Shown here: positions 20,129 to 29,725 of the stretch, piece by piece
Position numbering within the stretch: the stretch's first letter is position 1
How the letters are laid out: every line of letters begins with the position of its first letter
Origin: Bdellovibrionales bacterium
GTDB taxonomy: Bacteria > Bdellovibrionota > Bdellovibrionia > Bdellovibrionales > UBA1609
Length of the DNA stretch: 64,000 nucleotides
Direction of reading: 5' to 3'
Assembly: GCA_965199825.1 (NCBI GenBank)
Contig: OZ241329.1
Span: 320,001 to 384,000, forward strand
Notes under the pieces: model-generated
The model's input: the letters and a program-made list of their open reading frames with translations, nothing else
The model's database searches: none
Told to the model about the DNA's origin: nothing
Made by a program: the position numbers and the translations under genes

Positions 20129-22632
20129 ATCCGCGCTACACTTTATTTCGTGAAGCTCTCGCGAATCGACTTCTTCTGCTCGATGGTTCGATGGGCGCCC
20201 TACTGCAAAAAAGAAATTTGCCCGCAGGCTATGCCCCAGATCTGTGGAATCTTGAAAAACCCGAAGTGATCGAACAGGTCCATCGAGAATATATTGAGGC
20301 CGGTGCCGATATCCTTATCACAAACACCTTTGGAGCCTCAAAACTTCGCCTGCAAGAGTACGATGCCTACGATAAATTAACCGCAATCAATACCGCAGCG
20401 GTTCGTCTCGCACGACGTGCGGCCGGAAATAAATTTGTGGCGGGCGACATCGGCCCTTGTGGTGACACGATATTTCCCACGGGATCTCGTCCATTTGGCG
20501 AAGTGGTCGAGATTTTTAAGGAACAAGCCACTGCTCTGATCGATGCCGGTGTGGACTGCATCATCATTGAGACCATGTTTGATTCTCTCGATTACAAGGC
20601 GGCCTTGTCTGCGGTTCGAAGTGTCAGTCAGCACATTCCGATTATTGCGCTGATGACATTCAATACCGACACTGTGTCTGATACAGGCATCACTCCAGAA
20701 TCTTGTGTGGCGATTGCTGAGGGATTCCATGCCGACGTGGTCGGTGCCAACTGCTCGGTGGGTCCCGATGCGATGATCGAAGTGATAAAAAAAATGAAGG
20801 CCATCAGCAATTTGCCTTTATGTGCCCAACCCAATGCCGGACTTCCCGTCTTAAAAAATGGCGAAACAGTTTTTCCGCTCGATGCCGAAAACATGGCGGG
20901 ATTTGTTGAGAATTTTTTTAAAGCTGGTGCGCGAATTTTGGGAGGCTGCTGCGGAACAACTCCTGAGTTTATAAAAAAACTAAGACACATCGTCGATTCA
21001 CACCAAAATCTTTTTCAATATTCCAAAACTGAACATCGTCAAAGGGTCTTACTCTCGTCAAAAATGCGAACAGTCTGCATTGGATCCGATTATCCGTTTG
21101 TCATGATTGGCGAAAAAATCAATCCCACGGGTCGAAAAAAAGTTGCCGAAAATATTCGTAAGGGAAATATCGAAGCTCTTTTAGCCGATGCTCATGCCCA
21201 ATTTCTTGCAGGCGCTCATTGTCTCGATGTTAACGTGGGAGTGCCGCTCATCGATGAGCCCGAGATGATGTCCACAGTGATTTGTGCGCTCCAAAATTCG
21301 ATCGAAACCCCTCTCGTGATCGACTCCAGTTTTTCTGAAGCATTGTTAAAAGGCGGCCAGGTGTATTACGGCAGACCCCTCTTAAATAGCGTCAATGCCG
21401 AAGACGAAAAGATCGAGGAAGTTTTGCCCATCGCAAAAGCGGTGGGTGGAGCTGTGCTTGCGCTTGTCACCGAAACCGAAGTGCCCGAAAAAGCCGAAGA
21501 CCGCCTAAAATACGCACAAAAAATACTAGATCGATTTTTGGCTGCGGGCTTTCATCGCAACGATATTGTGTTCGATGTTTTAAGCCTGACCGTTTCGGCG
21601 ATGAGGCAAGGCAGTATTGAAACTTTTAAAACAATCGAGCTCATCAAAAACGAACTCGGGTGCGCCACCACCTTTGGTCTTAGCAACTCTTCGTTTGGAT
21701 TGCCCAATCGTCGTTTTGTTCACCAAGCCTACCTGATGATGTGCATTCAACGTGGGCTTACATCCGCGATCATGAATGTGCTCGAAAAAGATATCGTCAC
21801 ACGTGTGGCTGCGAGTGACCTCTTCACCCAAAAACAAAATGCGGTATCTGAATATCTGCAATCCTGGTCCTCTCCCATTGCCGAAGGAGAAAGTTCAAAC
21901 ACACAACCGACTTTACAATCCACAGAAGAAGACCCTACCCTCAAACTCAATCTTGATCCCCTCCAAAAAGAAATCTTTTGGGATATTGCCGAAGGCAAAA
22001 AAGATAAGATTGAAAATGATGTGAACGAGTTTATTAAGACCAGGAGCTCTCAATCTTTCGAATTATTTTTGAATGTGATGACTCCAGGAATTCGCTATCT
22101 TGGCGAACTTTTTGGTAAACGCAAAAGGTTTATTCCGCATCTCGTCGCAGCCGCCGAAGCAATGAAGATTGGAGTCAAAATTCTTGAGCCCCACTTCAAT
22201 CGCAATGAAAATGAAGTTCAAAAAGGCACGGTGATCTTTGCTACTGTTAAAGGGGACATTCACGACATCGGAAAAAACATCTGTGTTTTAATGCTCAAAA
22301 ATTTTGGCTACAATGTGATCGATTTAGGACGAAACGTTGCAATGGACACCATCTTTAATGCGGCTCGCGAAAACAAAGCCGAGATCATCGCACTCTCTGC
22401 ACTGATGACCACCACAATGATCCAAATGAAACTCTTGATCGAAGAAAATCGAAAGCAAGGGTACGGCTACAAGGTGATGATCGGTGGAGCTCCTGTCACT
22501 TCAGAATTTGCAAAAGAGATCGGGGCAAATGGACATTGCGAAGATGTGGGCGGAATTGTCAACCAGACCGAATTGCTGTTTAGCGCCCTTGGTTTTCAGA
22601 GCGTTTCATCTGGCAAACACCCCACCATGTGA
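20125..22632 (+). CDS. metH: Cobalamin-dependent methionine synthase lacking the C-terminal reactivation domain
   Basis: Hcy domain (GANC, GGCCGT), pterin domain (IGEKINPTG, GLSNSSFG), cap and B12 domain (GDIHDIGKN, SALMTTT, IGGAP). Ends at 835 aa. Confidence 0.9.
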   Translation: MNPRYTLFREALANRLLLLDGSMGALLQKRNLPAGYAPDLWNLEKPEVIEQVHREYIEAGADILITNTFGASKLRLQEYDAYDKLTAINTAAVRLARRAAGNKFVAGDIGPCGDTIFPTGSRPFGEVVEIFKEQATALIDAGVDCIIIETMFDSLDYKAALSAVRSVSQHIPIIALMTFNTDTVSDTGITPESCVAIAEGFHADVVGANCSVGPDAMIEVIKKMKAISNLPLCAQPNAGLPVLKNGETVFPLDAENMAGFVENFFKAGARILGGCCGTTPEFIKKLRHIVDSHQNLFQYSKTEHRQRVLLSSKMRTVCIGSDYPFVMIGEKINPTGRKKVAENIRKGNIEALLADAHAQFLAGAHCLDVNVGVPLIDEPEMMSTVICALQNSIETPLVIDSSFSEALLKGGQVYYGRPLLNSVNAEDEKIEEVLPIAKAVGGAVLALVTETEVPEKAEDRLKYAQKILDRFLAAGFHRNDIVFDVLSLTVSAMRQGSIETFKTIELIKNELGCATTFGLSNSSFGLPNRRFVHQAYLMMCIQRGLTSAIMNVLEKDIVTRVAASDLFTQKQNAVSEYLQSWSSPIAEGESSNTQPTLQSTEEDPTLKLNLDPLQKEIFWDIAEGKKDKIENDVNEFIKTRSSQSFELFLNVMTPGIRYLGELFGKRKRFIPHLVAAAEAMKIGVKILEPHFNRNENEVQKGTVIFATVKGDIHDIGKNICVLMLKNFGYNVIDLGRNVAMDTIFNAARENKAEIIALSALMTTTMIQMKLLIEENRKQGYGYKVMIGGAPVTSEFAKEIGANGHCEDVGGIVNQTELLFSALGFQSVSSGKHPTM

Positions 22633-23326
22633 GGCCCGGAATAAATCGAACAAAACTCAAAATTTTTGCATCGAATACTAACATCGCGGTAATCAACTTG
22701 GTGAGCAGTGGCCCCCCACCCCAACCGGCGATCGTTTTTTGTTTGGCATTTTTGGATTCTTTTAATTTTTCCAATATGCGAACAAGCAGCGCGATCACAA
22801 AAATTTGGCCAGTTTTTTTGGTCTCCAAACCACAGTTGATAATCAAATTTTTAATTTCTTCAGGCGAATATCTTCGAAAATGCTCGAGTCCGGTATCATG
22901 AGCGGTAAATAATTTTTGCCACTCAGGAACTGTAATGATCACCGATCCTTTTGGTTTTAGAGAATGAGTCACAAGATTTTTTAAAAAACTTCGGTCATCT
23001 TCAATGTGTTCCAAAATATCACATAAAAAAATCAGATCGAATTTTTGATTAGGCTGTTGGGTGACAAATTGAACATTTGCACTTCGGAGTGATTTTAATT
23101 GTTTGATATCATTTTGTTCATAGTTTTTGTCCCAACAGGTGATTTTCGAAATCGAGGTCGAATTTATTTTTAACTGATCGGCAAGCCATGCATCCCCCGA
23201 ACCCACGTCGAGGGCTTCAAGATCTTGCCCCTCAATTTGACTCACCAAGGATTGCAAAAATTTGGCGCGAGCCAACTCCCAAGGATGCCTCTTTGTTGGA
23301 TGAATTCGAAACTCTTTTAAATCCAA
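22580..23326 (-). CDS. Class I SAM-dependent methyltransferase
   Basis: LDVGSGDA motif I, FDLIFLCDILEH, LKPKG, ITVP, HD...HFRRY; TTG start with GAGGTG RBS. Confidence 0.85.
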   Translation of the reverse strand: MDLKEFRIHPTKRHPWELARAKFLQSLVSQIEGQDLEALDVGSGDAWLADQLKINSTSISKITCWDKNYEQNDIKQLKSLRSANVQFVTQQPNQKFDLIFLCDILEHIEDDRSFLKNLVTHSLKPKGSVIITVPEWQKLFTAHDTGLEHFRRYSPEEIKNLIINCGLETKKTGQIFVIALLVRILEKLKESKNAKQKTIAGWGGGPLLTKLITAMLVFDAKILSFVRFIPGLTWWGVCQMKRSENQGR

Positions 23327-23403
23327 TGATCACCTCGCATCGTAGTGTTTCATCACAGTGTTTTTGTTGCAATGATTTTTGGATTCACACATACTCGGGC
23401 CTC

Positions 23404-24138
23404 ATGGCAACTCTTCTTGTTATTCCATGCTACAACGAAGCTCAACGCATCCGCATTGAAGCTATCCAAGAGCTATTGCAAAATAAAGACTTACAAATTT
23501 TATTTGTTGATGATGGTTCAAAAGATTCTACTCTTTCAATTCTTAATGATTTTTGCCGACGCTTAGAACGCATTGAGATTTTGACCCTCAAACAAAATAG
23601 TGGCAAAGCCGAGGCAGTCCGTCAGGGGTTGCTCAAAGCTTTAGAAAGTTCGACGGAGCTCATTGGGTATTGTGATGCTGACTTTGCAACACCCCCAAAA
23701 GAGGTTTTAAGAATTATCGACGAGTGCCTTTTTCACCACGAACGTCAGTGTGTGATTGGATCAAGAATACGACTCCTCGGTTTAGATGTGAATCGCAGTT
23801 TTTTTCGCCATATCTTAAGTCGGATCTTTGCAACTCTTGGCTCTTGGACACTTCAAATGACGGTCTACGATACTCAATGTGGTGCAAAGTTTTTTAGACC
23901 AAGTCCCCTCTTAAAATTTGTTTGTACTGAGAAATTTATTTCTCGTTGGGCTTTTGATGTTGAACTGCTCGGACGTTTAAAAAAGGGTTCGGCTCAATTT
24001 CAAGGTCTTCAGCCTAAGGATTTTTTAGAAATTCCTCTTAAACAGTGGAGCGAAGTATCGGGATCCAAAATGACCTTGAGAGCCGCATTGAGAATGGGCT
24101 TTGATCTTTTTAAAATTGCGAGACGACTTCACCGTTGA
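23404..24138 (+). CDS. GT2 polyprenol-phosphate glycosyltransferase (DPG-synthase-like)
   Basis: VIPCYNE, VDDGSKD, NSGKAEAVRQG, DADFATP, DTQCGAK, WAFDVE. Start revised to the ATG at 23404. Confidence 0.88.
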   Translation: MATLLVIPCYNEAQRIRIEAIQELLQNKDLQILFVDDGSKDSTLSILNDFCRRLERIEILTLKQNSGKAEAVRQGLLKALESSTELIGYCDADFATPPKEVLRIIDECLFHHERQCVIGSRIRLLGLDVNRSFFRHILSRIFATLGSWTLQMTVYDTQCGAKFFRPSPLLKFVCTEKFISRWAFDVELLGRLKKGSAQFQGLQPKDFLEIPLKQWSEVSGSKMTLRAALRMGFDLFKIARRLHR

Positions 24139-25187
24139 AGAAGTTTTTGGCTTCCCTTCTCCTTTTTTTACTGGCAATCGGTATTGATCATCGAAGGGAC
24201 TGGAGCTGGATCTACACCCATTGGCTTTTTGATTATCATTTTGGATTTATCAAGCGCGGCTTGGTCGGCGCAGGTCTTCATTTAATTTCATCCTCACTGC
24301 CGTTACTCGAAGTGCAAATTTTGTCTATCCTAATGGCTGCAGCAGTGACGATTTTCTTTATTAAATTTTTTTGGGATTTGCGCGCTTGTTGGAATCATTC
24401 AATCTTAATTTTTGCGGTCTTCGTCTTTTTCTCACCACTTTCAGTCAGAAACTATTTTTACGACTTGGGTCGATTTGATCAACTGAGTATGGTTTTGATC
24501 TTACTTCAGTGGTTCAATATTCCTCTGCTAGTTACTGCTGCTTTGGCCACAGCCCTGGTGGCGGTGCATGAGAACTTCTTTTTTATTTTTCTTCCTGCCC
24601 TCTCATTTATTTTGTACCAAAAGCACGGACTCAAAAAAACGATGGCTGTCATCTTCAGTGTCACGATGGCCACATTTTTTGTTTTTATTTTCGGCCACCC
24701 CAGTGTTGGGCGCTCGACTTTATTTGAATATCTCCAAAGCAAGGCCACAATCGCTCTCGACGACAATCTGGATCTTTTTTATGTCAATGCTCAAGAACAG
24801 TTCAAAGCAAATATGGCGCATTTTGAAATTCAAAAACATTTTTGGTACGGCTATTTATTGTATGCGAGCTTTTTGATTCCACTGGTCCTCACCCTAAAAT
24901 CAATCACAACCGATAAATTTGAAAAACTAATTTTTGCCGGATTGGTCAGCGGTTATCTCTTTATTTTTATTTTCACCTGCGACTGGTGTCGCCATCTCAC
25001 CAATCTCTTTCTGATCTTGGCCTTTCTCATTTTGTATTTGTACCGACAAAAAAAATTGGTGACCGACTTTGAATTTTTCAAATCCCGATGGCGCTACTTT
25101 TATTTCGTTTTATTTTTATTGCCCGCGGCGGGAGTCGAGATCCCAAGGCTGGTGAAGTTATTTCCCGTATTCGCGAAGTACCTCTGA
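24135..25187 (+). CDS. Polytopic membrane protein (possible GT-C glycosyltransferase)
   Basis: About 10 hydrophobic segments; YHFGFIKRGLVG, RFD, VHE, DWCR; coupled to the GT2 gene. Confidence 0.55.
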   Translation: MKKFLASLLLFLLAIGIDHRRDWSWIYTHWLFDYHFGFIKRGLVGAGLHLISSSLPLLEVQILSILMAAAVTIFFIKFFWDLRACWNHSILIFAVFVFFSPLSVRNYFYDLGRFDQLSMVLILLQWFNIPLLVTAALATALVAVHENFFFIFLPALSFILYQKHGLKKTMAVIFSVTMATFFVFIFGHPSVGRSTLFEYLQSKATIALDDNLDLFYVNAQEQFKANMAHFEIQKHFWYGYLLYASFLIPLVLTLKSITTDKFEKLIFAGLVSGYLFIFIFTCDWCRHLTNLFLILAFLILYLYRQKKLVTDFEFFKSRWRYFYFVLFLLPAAGVEIPRLVKLFPVFAKYL

Positions 25188-25886
25188 AGAGGTAGAATCA
25201 ATTTTTAGCCGATGCTGATCAATCCAAATAGCTCGATCACACATCCGCTCCACATCTCCAGCCGAATGCGAAACCAAAACGATTGTCACTCCGGTTTTTT
25301 TAAAAGCGAGCATCCGGTCCATGCACTTGGCTTGAAACGCAGAATCCCCTACCGCCAAAACCTCATCGACCAATAGGATCTGAGGATCAAGATTCGCCAC
25401 CACAGAAAATCCTAGACGCGCCAGCATGCCAGAAGAAAATGACCGAACCGGCTGGTCAATAAATTCTTCCAACTCAGAAAACTCAATAATCGCATCCACT
25501 TTTTTGGCAACTTGCTTTCGCGAAAGTCCGAGCAACACACCATTGAGTCTTATATTTTCAAGCCCGCTCAAGTCGGGATGAAATCCTCCACCCAATTCTA
25601 AGAGTGGTGAAACTCGTCGGTTCACCACCACATCGCCAAGGCTTGGCTTGAGCACTCCGGCAATCAATCCTAATGTTGTACTTTTGCCAGCACCATTTCG
25701 CCCGACAAAGGCCACCGACTCGCCCTTTTGAATTTCAAAGGAAATATTTTCGAGCGCGGTAAACCGGGTTTGCCGCATCTCCTTTATTGCCCGAGGCAAA
25801 TTAAAAATCAGGCGTTTAAGTCCTGAGGTCATATGATGATAAAGCGGATAATGCTTGGTCACATTTCGAAATGAAATATCGGTCAT
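25158..25886 (-). CDS. wzt: Polysaccharide ABC exporter ATP-binding subunit (Wzt/TagH-like)
   Basis: GRNGAGKST, FSSGMLARLGFS, LLVDEVLAVGD, VSH. Start at ATG 25886. Confidence 0.92.
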   Translation of the reverse strand: MTDISFRNVTKHYPLYHHMTSGLKRLIFNLPRAIKEMRQTRFTALENISFEIQKGESVAFVGRNGAGKSTTLGLIAGVLKPSLGDVVVNRRVSPLLELGGGFHPDLSGLENIRLNGVLLGLSRKQVAKKVDAIIEFSELEEFIDQPVRSFSSGMLARLGFSVVANLDPQILLVDEVLAVGDSAFQAKCMDRMLAFKKTGVTIVLVSHSAGDVERMCDRAIWIDQHRLKIDSTSSEVLREYGK

Positions 25887-26641
25887 CAAAGTACCTCCGC
25901 AAAACGCCACTGAAGCCTTTGATAAATAACTTGAGAAATCAAAACACAAACGAGCACCCACACGCTCGTCCAAAATACAAAACTCCAATTCAGACCTGAA
26001 CCCATCAGGATATTTCGCCAGTTGATAATCAACATGGCAAAGGGCTGATAAACTAAATAAGACCTATATTGATCAGGAATCATATCGGCGCTGTAAATTA
26101 CGGGGGTAAAATAAAAAATTGCGGTCATCGAAAGTTGCAAAAGCCGCTCGAGATCGCGCAAAAAAAGATTCATGGTTCCCAGAAACAACATAAAGGCATA
26201 GGTCAAACCAAACTGCAGAATGCACAGTAGAGGGATTTGATAAAGCCAAGAAAGATGAAGCGGCATCTTAAATAGAACAAGGAAAAACACAATCACCGGC
26301 ACCGAGACCAAAAAATGAATCGCATCTTGCAGCACCTGCACAAATGCAATCAGATAACGGGGGAAATTGGTTTTTTTAATCAGCTGTGCATTGCCATAAA
26401 AAATCATCGGCCCGATTGCCAGTGAATTGCTCACCCACTGCCACGGAAATAATCCACAAATCAAAAACACCGGAAAATTTGGAGTTTGAACTTTTAAAAT
26501 TTGACCAAAAACAACGAAGTACAAAAACGCATGGGCAAGTGGGCTTGCCACCGACCACACATAACCGAGTGCCATGTGCTTGTATCTGACACGCAACTCT
26601 TTCATCAAAAGAGCCATCACGATGTCATAAAACCGTATCAT
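25886..26641 (-). CDS. wzm: Polysaccharide ABC exporter permease (Wzm)
   Basis: KELRVRYK...LGYVWS, RDL, FYFTPVIY; about six TMs; coupled to wzt. Confidence 0.9.
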   Translation of the reverse strand: MIRFYDIVMALLMKELRVRYKHMALGYVWSVASPLAHAFLYFVVFGQILKVQTPNFPVFLICGLFPWQWVSNSLAIGPMIFYGNAQLIKKTNFPRYLIAFVQVLQDAIHFLVSVPVIVFFLVLFKMPLHLSWLYQIPLLCILQFGLTYAFMLFLGTMNLFLRDLERLLQLSMTAIFYFTPVIYSADMIPDQYRSYLVYQPFAMLIINWRNILMGSGLNWSFVFWTSVWVLVCVLISQVIYQRLQWRFAEVL

Positions 26642-27765
26642 TTTCGAAATTTCTGCCAAGAGGAATTCACCATTGCTGTCATTTCATTTTGAAATCGAGA
26701 GCGAGAATAAAACCCCAACCGCCCAACATCAATCTTATAAGTTTTGCGATCAAAGGACTTTACCGCACCCATCAGGCTATTGACTGTTGGCTCATTAAAA
26801 AAATGGGTATCGGCATCGGTCAATGTCTCAAGCACTCCGCCTGCACGGTAAGCAATCACCGGCGTATTTGAGGCGAGGGCCTCGAGCGGAGCAATTCCAA
26901 AATCTTCGACTCCAGGAAAAACAAATGCTTGAGCTCGACCAAAATAACTAGCTACTTCGGCGCGAGACAACTCACCCAAAAATTCTATTTGGGGGCCCGC
27001 CATTTTTTTTAAAGCCAGCTCCTCTTGACCGCCACCAATAATTTTAAGTGGCAAATTTAATCGCGAAAATGCGTCGATCGCCAGATCCACCCGTTTGTTG
27101 GGAGCAAAAGCTGTGACCATCAAAAAAAAATCCTCTTTTTTCCAATCAAACTTAAAATCAGAGAAATCCACAAAGGGATAAATAATCTCAGCATCACGAT
27201 CCCAATATTTTCTGATTCTCTCGCGTACGAATTTTGAAATGGCCACAAACTGATCAACATTTTGGTTCGAACTCTTATCCCACCAAGTCAGTGCGGGCTT
27301 GAGCATCTTTGCAACTCCGCGAAGAGGACCGCGCGGAAAATACTGATCAAACTGGTCGTACATATACCGCATTGGCGAATAGACATACGACACATGAACA
27401 CTTCCCTTGGGCTTTTTCACACCTTTGATCACACAATGATGCGAACTTAAAAGCACATCCGTTTTTTTTATGTTCAAACTTTTTAATGCCATCGGCATCA
27501 TCGGCAAAAATTGGCGGTAGCGACTGGCAATATTGGGTATCCGGTTGAGCACACTTGTGGTGATCTGACGAGACTCAATGATGTCAGAGGTGCTCTTCAA
27601 TTTATGAAGAAGAGTGTAGATCGAGGCTTGCGGATAAATTTCGCACAAAGCCTCAAGACATCGTTCACCACCGCGAAAACCAACCAGCCAATCGTGAGCC
27701 AATGCCACCTGCGGCCCAACTAAAGAATTCTCATCTTTTTTCATTTTGAAAATCAAAGGTGTCAT
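26638..27765 (-). CDS. Glycosyltransferase family 4 (WbaZ-like mannosyltransferase group)
   Basis: HDWLVGFRGGER, YSPMRY, KRVDLAI, EDFGIAPLEALASNTPVIAY. Confidence 0.9.
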   Translation of the reverse strand: MTPLIFKMKKDENSLVGPQVALAHDWLVGFRGGERCLEALCEIYPQASIYTLLHKLKSTSDIIESRQITTSVLNRIPNIASRYRQFLPMMPMALKSLNIKKTDVLLSSHHCVIKGVKKPKGSVHVSYVYSPMRYMYDQFDQYFPRGPLRGVAKMLKPALTWWDKSSNQNVDQFVAISKFVRERIRKYWDRDAEIIYPFVDFSDFKFDWKKEDFFLMVTAFAPNKRVDLAIDAFSRLNLPLKIIGGGQEELALKKMAGPQIEFLGELSRAEVASYFGRAQAFVFPGVEDFGIAPLEALASNTPVIAYRAGGVLETLTDADTHFFNEPTVNSLMGAVKSFDRKTYKIDVGRLGFYSRSRFQNEMTAMVNSSWQKFRK

Positions 27766-27847
27766 GACTCAAACCTCTTTTCAATAATCATCCAAGTTGT
27801 TTTGACCGACGTGCCGATGTACGTTCCTTTTTTTATGGGAGAGTTTC

Positions 27848-29164
27848 ATGTCAACCTTTCTGGTGGCAACGATAGACGGCGCGTTTGTCCTCCTCTCATG
27901 GACACTTGCAATTCATATCCGAGCTCTCTTTGGCGAAACCCCGCCCGACATTCCGACCTCTCTTAAATTCGGAATTCTCCTGGGTTCACTGACCATCACC
28001 ATTTTTTCGCGTTTCGGTTTTTATGAAGATTCGGTCCTTCGCTCGCTCACAGCGCGTCCTTATGGAATCCTACGCGGCCTGATCGCTTCACTTTTTTTGT
28101 TTATTCTTTTCAATTATTTTTTTGGATTGGAACGTCTCTCGCGCGCAACCTTGTTGCTCTATTTGCCCATCAGTTTTTTTTTGGTTTATATTTTTCGGCT
28201 TTGTTACAGCAAATTTTTGCGGAAGACCATTAAGGATATTTTGCTTGTAGGTGGAGGAGAGCCGCTCAAAGAATATCTCGACCGAATTTTAAATCTGCCA
28301 AACTTAGGCTTTCGACCTATGGGCTGGTATGACCCTCCAGAATGGGCCAAACAATACAGTATCCCAACCGTGGGCGAAGAAATTGTAAATCAACCAAAAC
28401 CCTCGGCCTACGTGATTTCTTATTCTGCCGAGCAGTCTAAAAATATCGATACCTTCGTTCGCGATTTCTATAACGATGTGACCCGAATTTATATTCTTCC
28501 CACTTTTAACAGTTATGCATTACTCGGTGTTTACCTCGAGCAAATTGCGGGCGTTTCGATCTTAAGCATCAATCAACCCCGCCATGCCGCAATCGATCTG
28601 GCAATCAAGCGCACCATCGACCTATTGGGGTCCGTGATACTCATTATTTTTCTCTCACCTTTTTTGACATTTATCGCACTTGCGATTCGGCTCACGAGCC
28701 AAGGCCAAATTTTTTATTCACAAGAACGAATCGGTCTCGACGGCCTCACCTTTAAAATGTGGAAATTCCGCACCATGATCAACACGAATGATGCTCCTCA
28801 ATGGACTGTGGCCGATGATCCCCGCCGCACGGCCTTGGGCGCTTTCCTGCGCAAAACCTCGATGGATGAGCTCCCACAACTTTGGAATGTTTTTATCGGA
28901 CAGATGAGTCTGGTAGGACCTCGACCCGAACAGCCTTTTTTCGTAGGCAATTTTCGCAAAGAAATTCCTGCTTATATGCTTCGCCACAAGATGAAGGCCG
29001 GAATCACGGGTTGGGCGCAGGTCAACGGTTGGAGAGGAAATACCTGTCTCCATAAACGGATCGAGTGCGACATCTACTACATCAAAAACTGGTCACTCTG
29101 GCTCGATCTCAAAATTTTATGTTTAACTTTATTTAGAGGATTTTTTCATAAAAACGCTTATTGA
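27848..29164 (+). CDS. wcaJ: Undecaprenyl-phosphate glucose phosphotransferase (WcaJ-type initiating transferase)
   Basis: N-terminal TMs; [49 protein letters not shown]. Confidence 0.88.
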   Translation: MSTFLVATIDGAFVLLSWTLAIHIRALFGETPPDIPTSLKFGILLGSLTITIFSRFGFYEDSVLRSLTARPYGILRGLIASLFLFILFNYFFGLERLSRATLLLYLPISFFLVYIFRLCYSKFLRKTIKDILLVGGGEPLKEYLDRILNLPNLGFRPMGWYDPPEWAKQYSIPTVGEEIVNQPKPSAYVISYSAEQSKNIDTFVRDFYNDVTRIYILPTFNSYALLGVYLEQIAGVSILSINQPRHAAIDLAIKRTIDLLGSVILIIFLSPFLTFIALAIRLTSQGQIFYSQERIGLDGLTFKMWKFRTMINTNDAPQWTVADDPRRTALGAFLRKTSMDELPQLWNVFIGQMSLVGPRPEQPFFVGNFRKEIPAYMLRHKMKAGITGWAQVNGWRGNTCLHKRIECDIYYIKNWSLWLDLKILCLTLFRGFFHKNAY

Positions 29165-29721
29165 TTGAGTTGCGAAAAGTAATCGAGCGCATTTGGATCA
29201 TTCCACTTTTGGGCTCCTGCAATCTTTCGAATCAACCCGCCTGTTTTTGAAAACACATAGGACTCCGGCAAAACATCTGCACCGTAAAGATGAGCGACCC
29301 GCTGATCCGAATCCACCACGACCACCATATTTTTGGGCCGCTTTTCAAATGCTTTCAAAAAAGCATTTAAACTCTGCAAATCTTTATCACCAGAAATAGC
29401 CACGATCAAAAGTTGAGGCTGCTTTTTGGCAAGCTCAATCAACGAGGGAAATTCCTCAACACAAGGCCCACACCACGACGCCCAGAAGTTTAAAAGAACC
29501 ACATGCCCACTCAAAGACTTCGACGAATATGTCCCGCCTTCAAGGCGTGGCAATTCAAAACCAAACAGGCCTTCACGCTCAAGTTTTTCTAAGTATTGGT
29601 GGGAATCAGGAACAGATGAATCTTTGTCAAAAAAACTATAAAAACGTTTGTAACCAAAAAGTAAAACGGCAAGGATTCCGAAACAAATCAAAATCGCTTG
29701 CCCATGTTTAGACTTGAACAC
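29158..29721 (-). CDS. TlpA/ResA-family membrane-anchored thioredoxin
   Basis: N-terminal TM, LLNFWASWCGPCVEEFP, LPES. Confidence 0.9.
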   Translation of the reverse strand: MFKSKHGQAILICFGILAVLLFGYKRFYSFFDKDSSVPDSHQYLEKLEREGLFGFELPRLEGGTYSSKSLSGHVVLLNFWASWCGPCVEEFPSLIELAKKQPQLLIVAISGDKDLQSLNAFLKAFEKRPKNMVVVVDSDQRVAHLYGADVLPESYVFSKTGGLIRKIAGAQKWNDPNALDYFSQLNQ

Positions 29722-29725
29722 GTCT

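Noticed and set aside
23188..23403. Long N-terminal extension of the GT2
   Set aside because: It overlaps the divergent methyltransferase; GT2 homology starts at ATG 23404.
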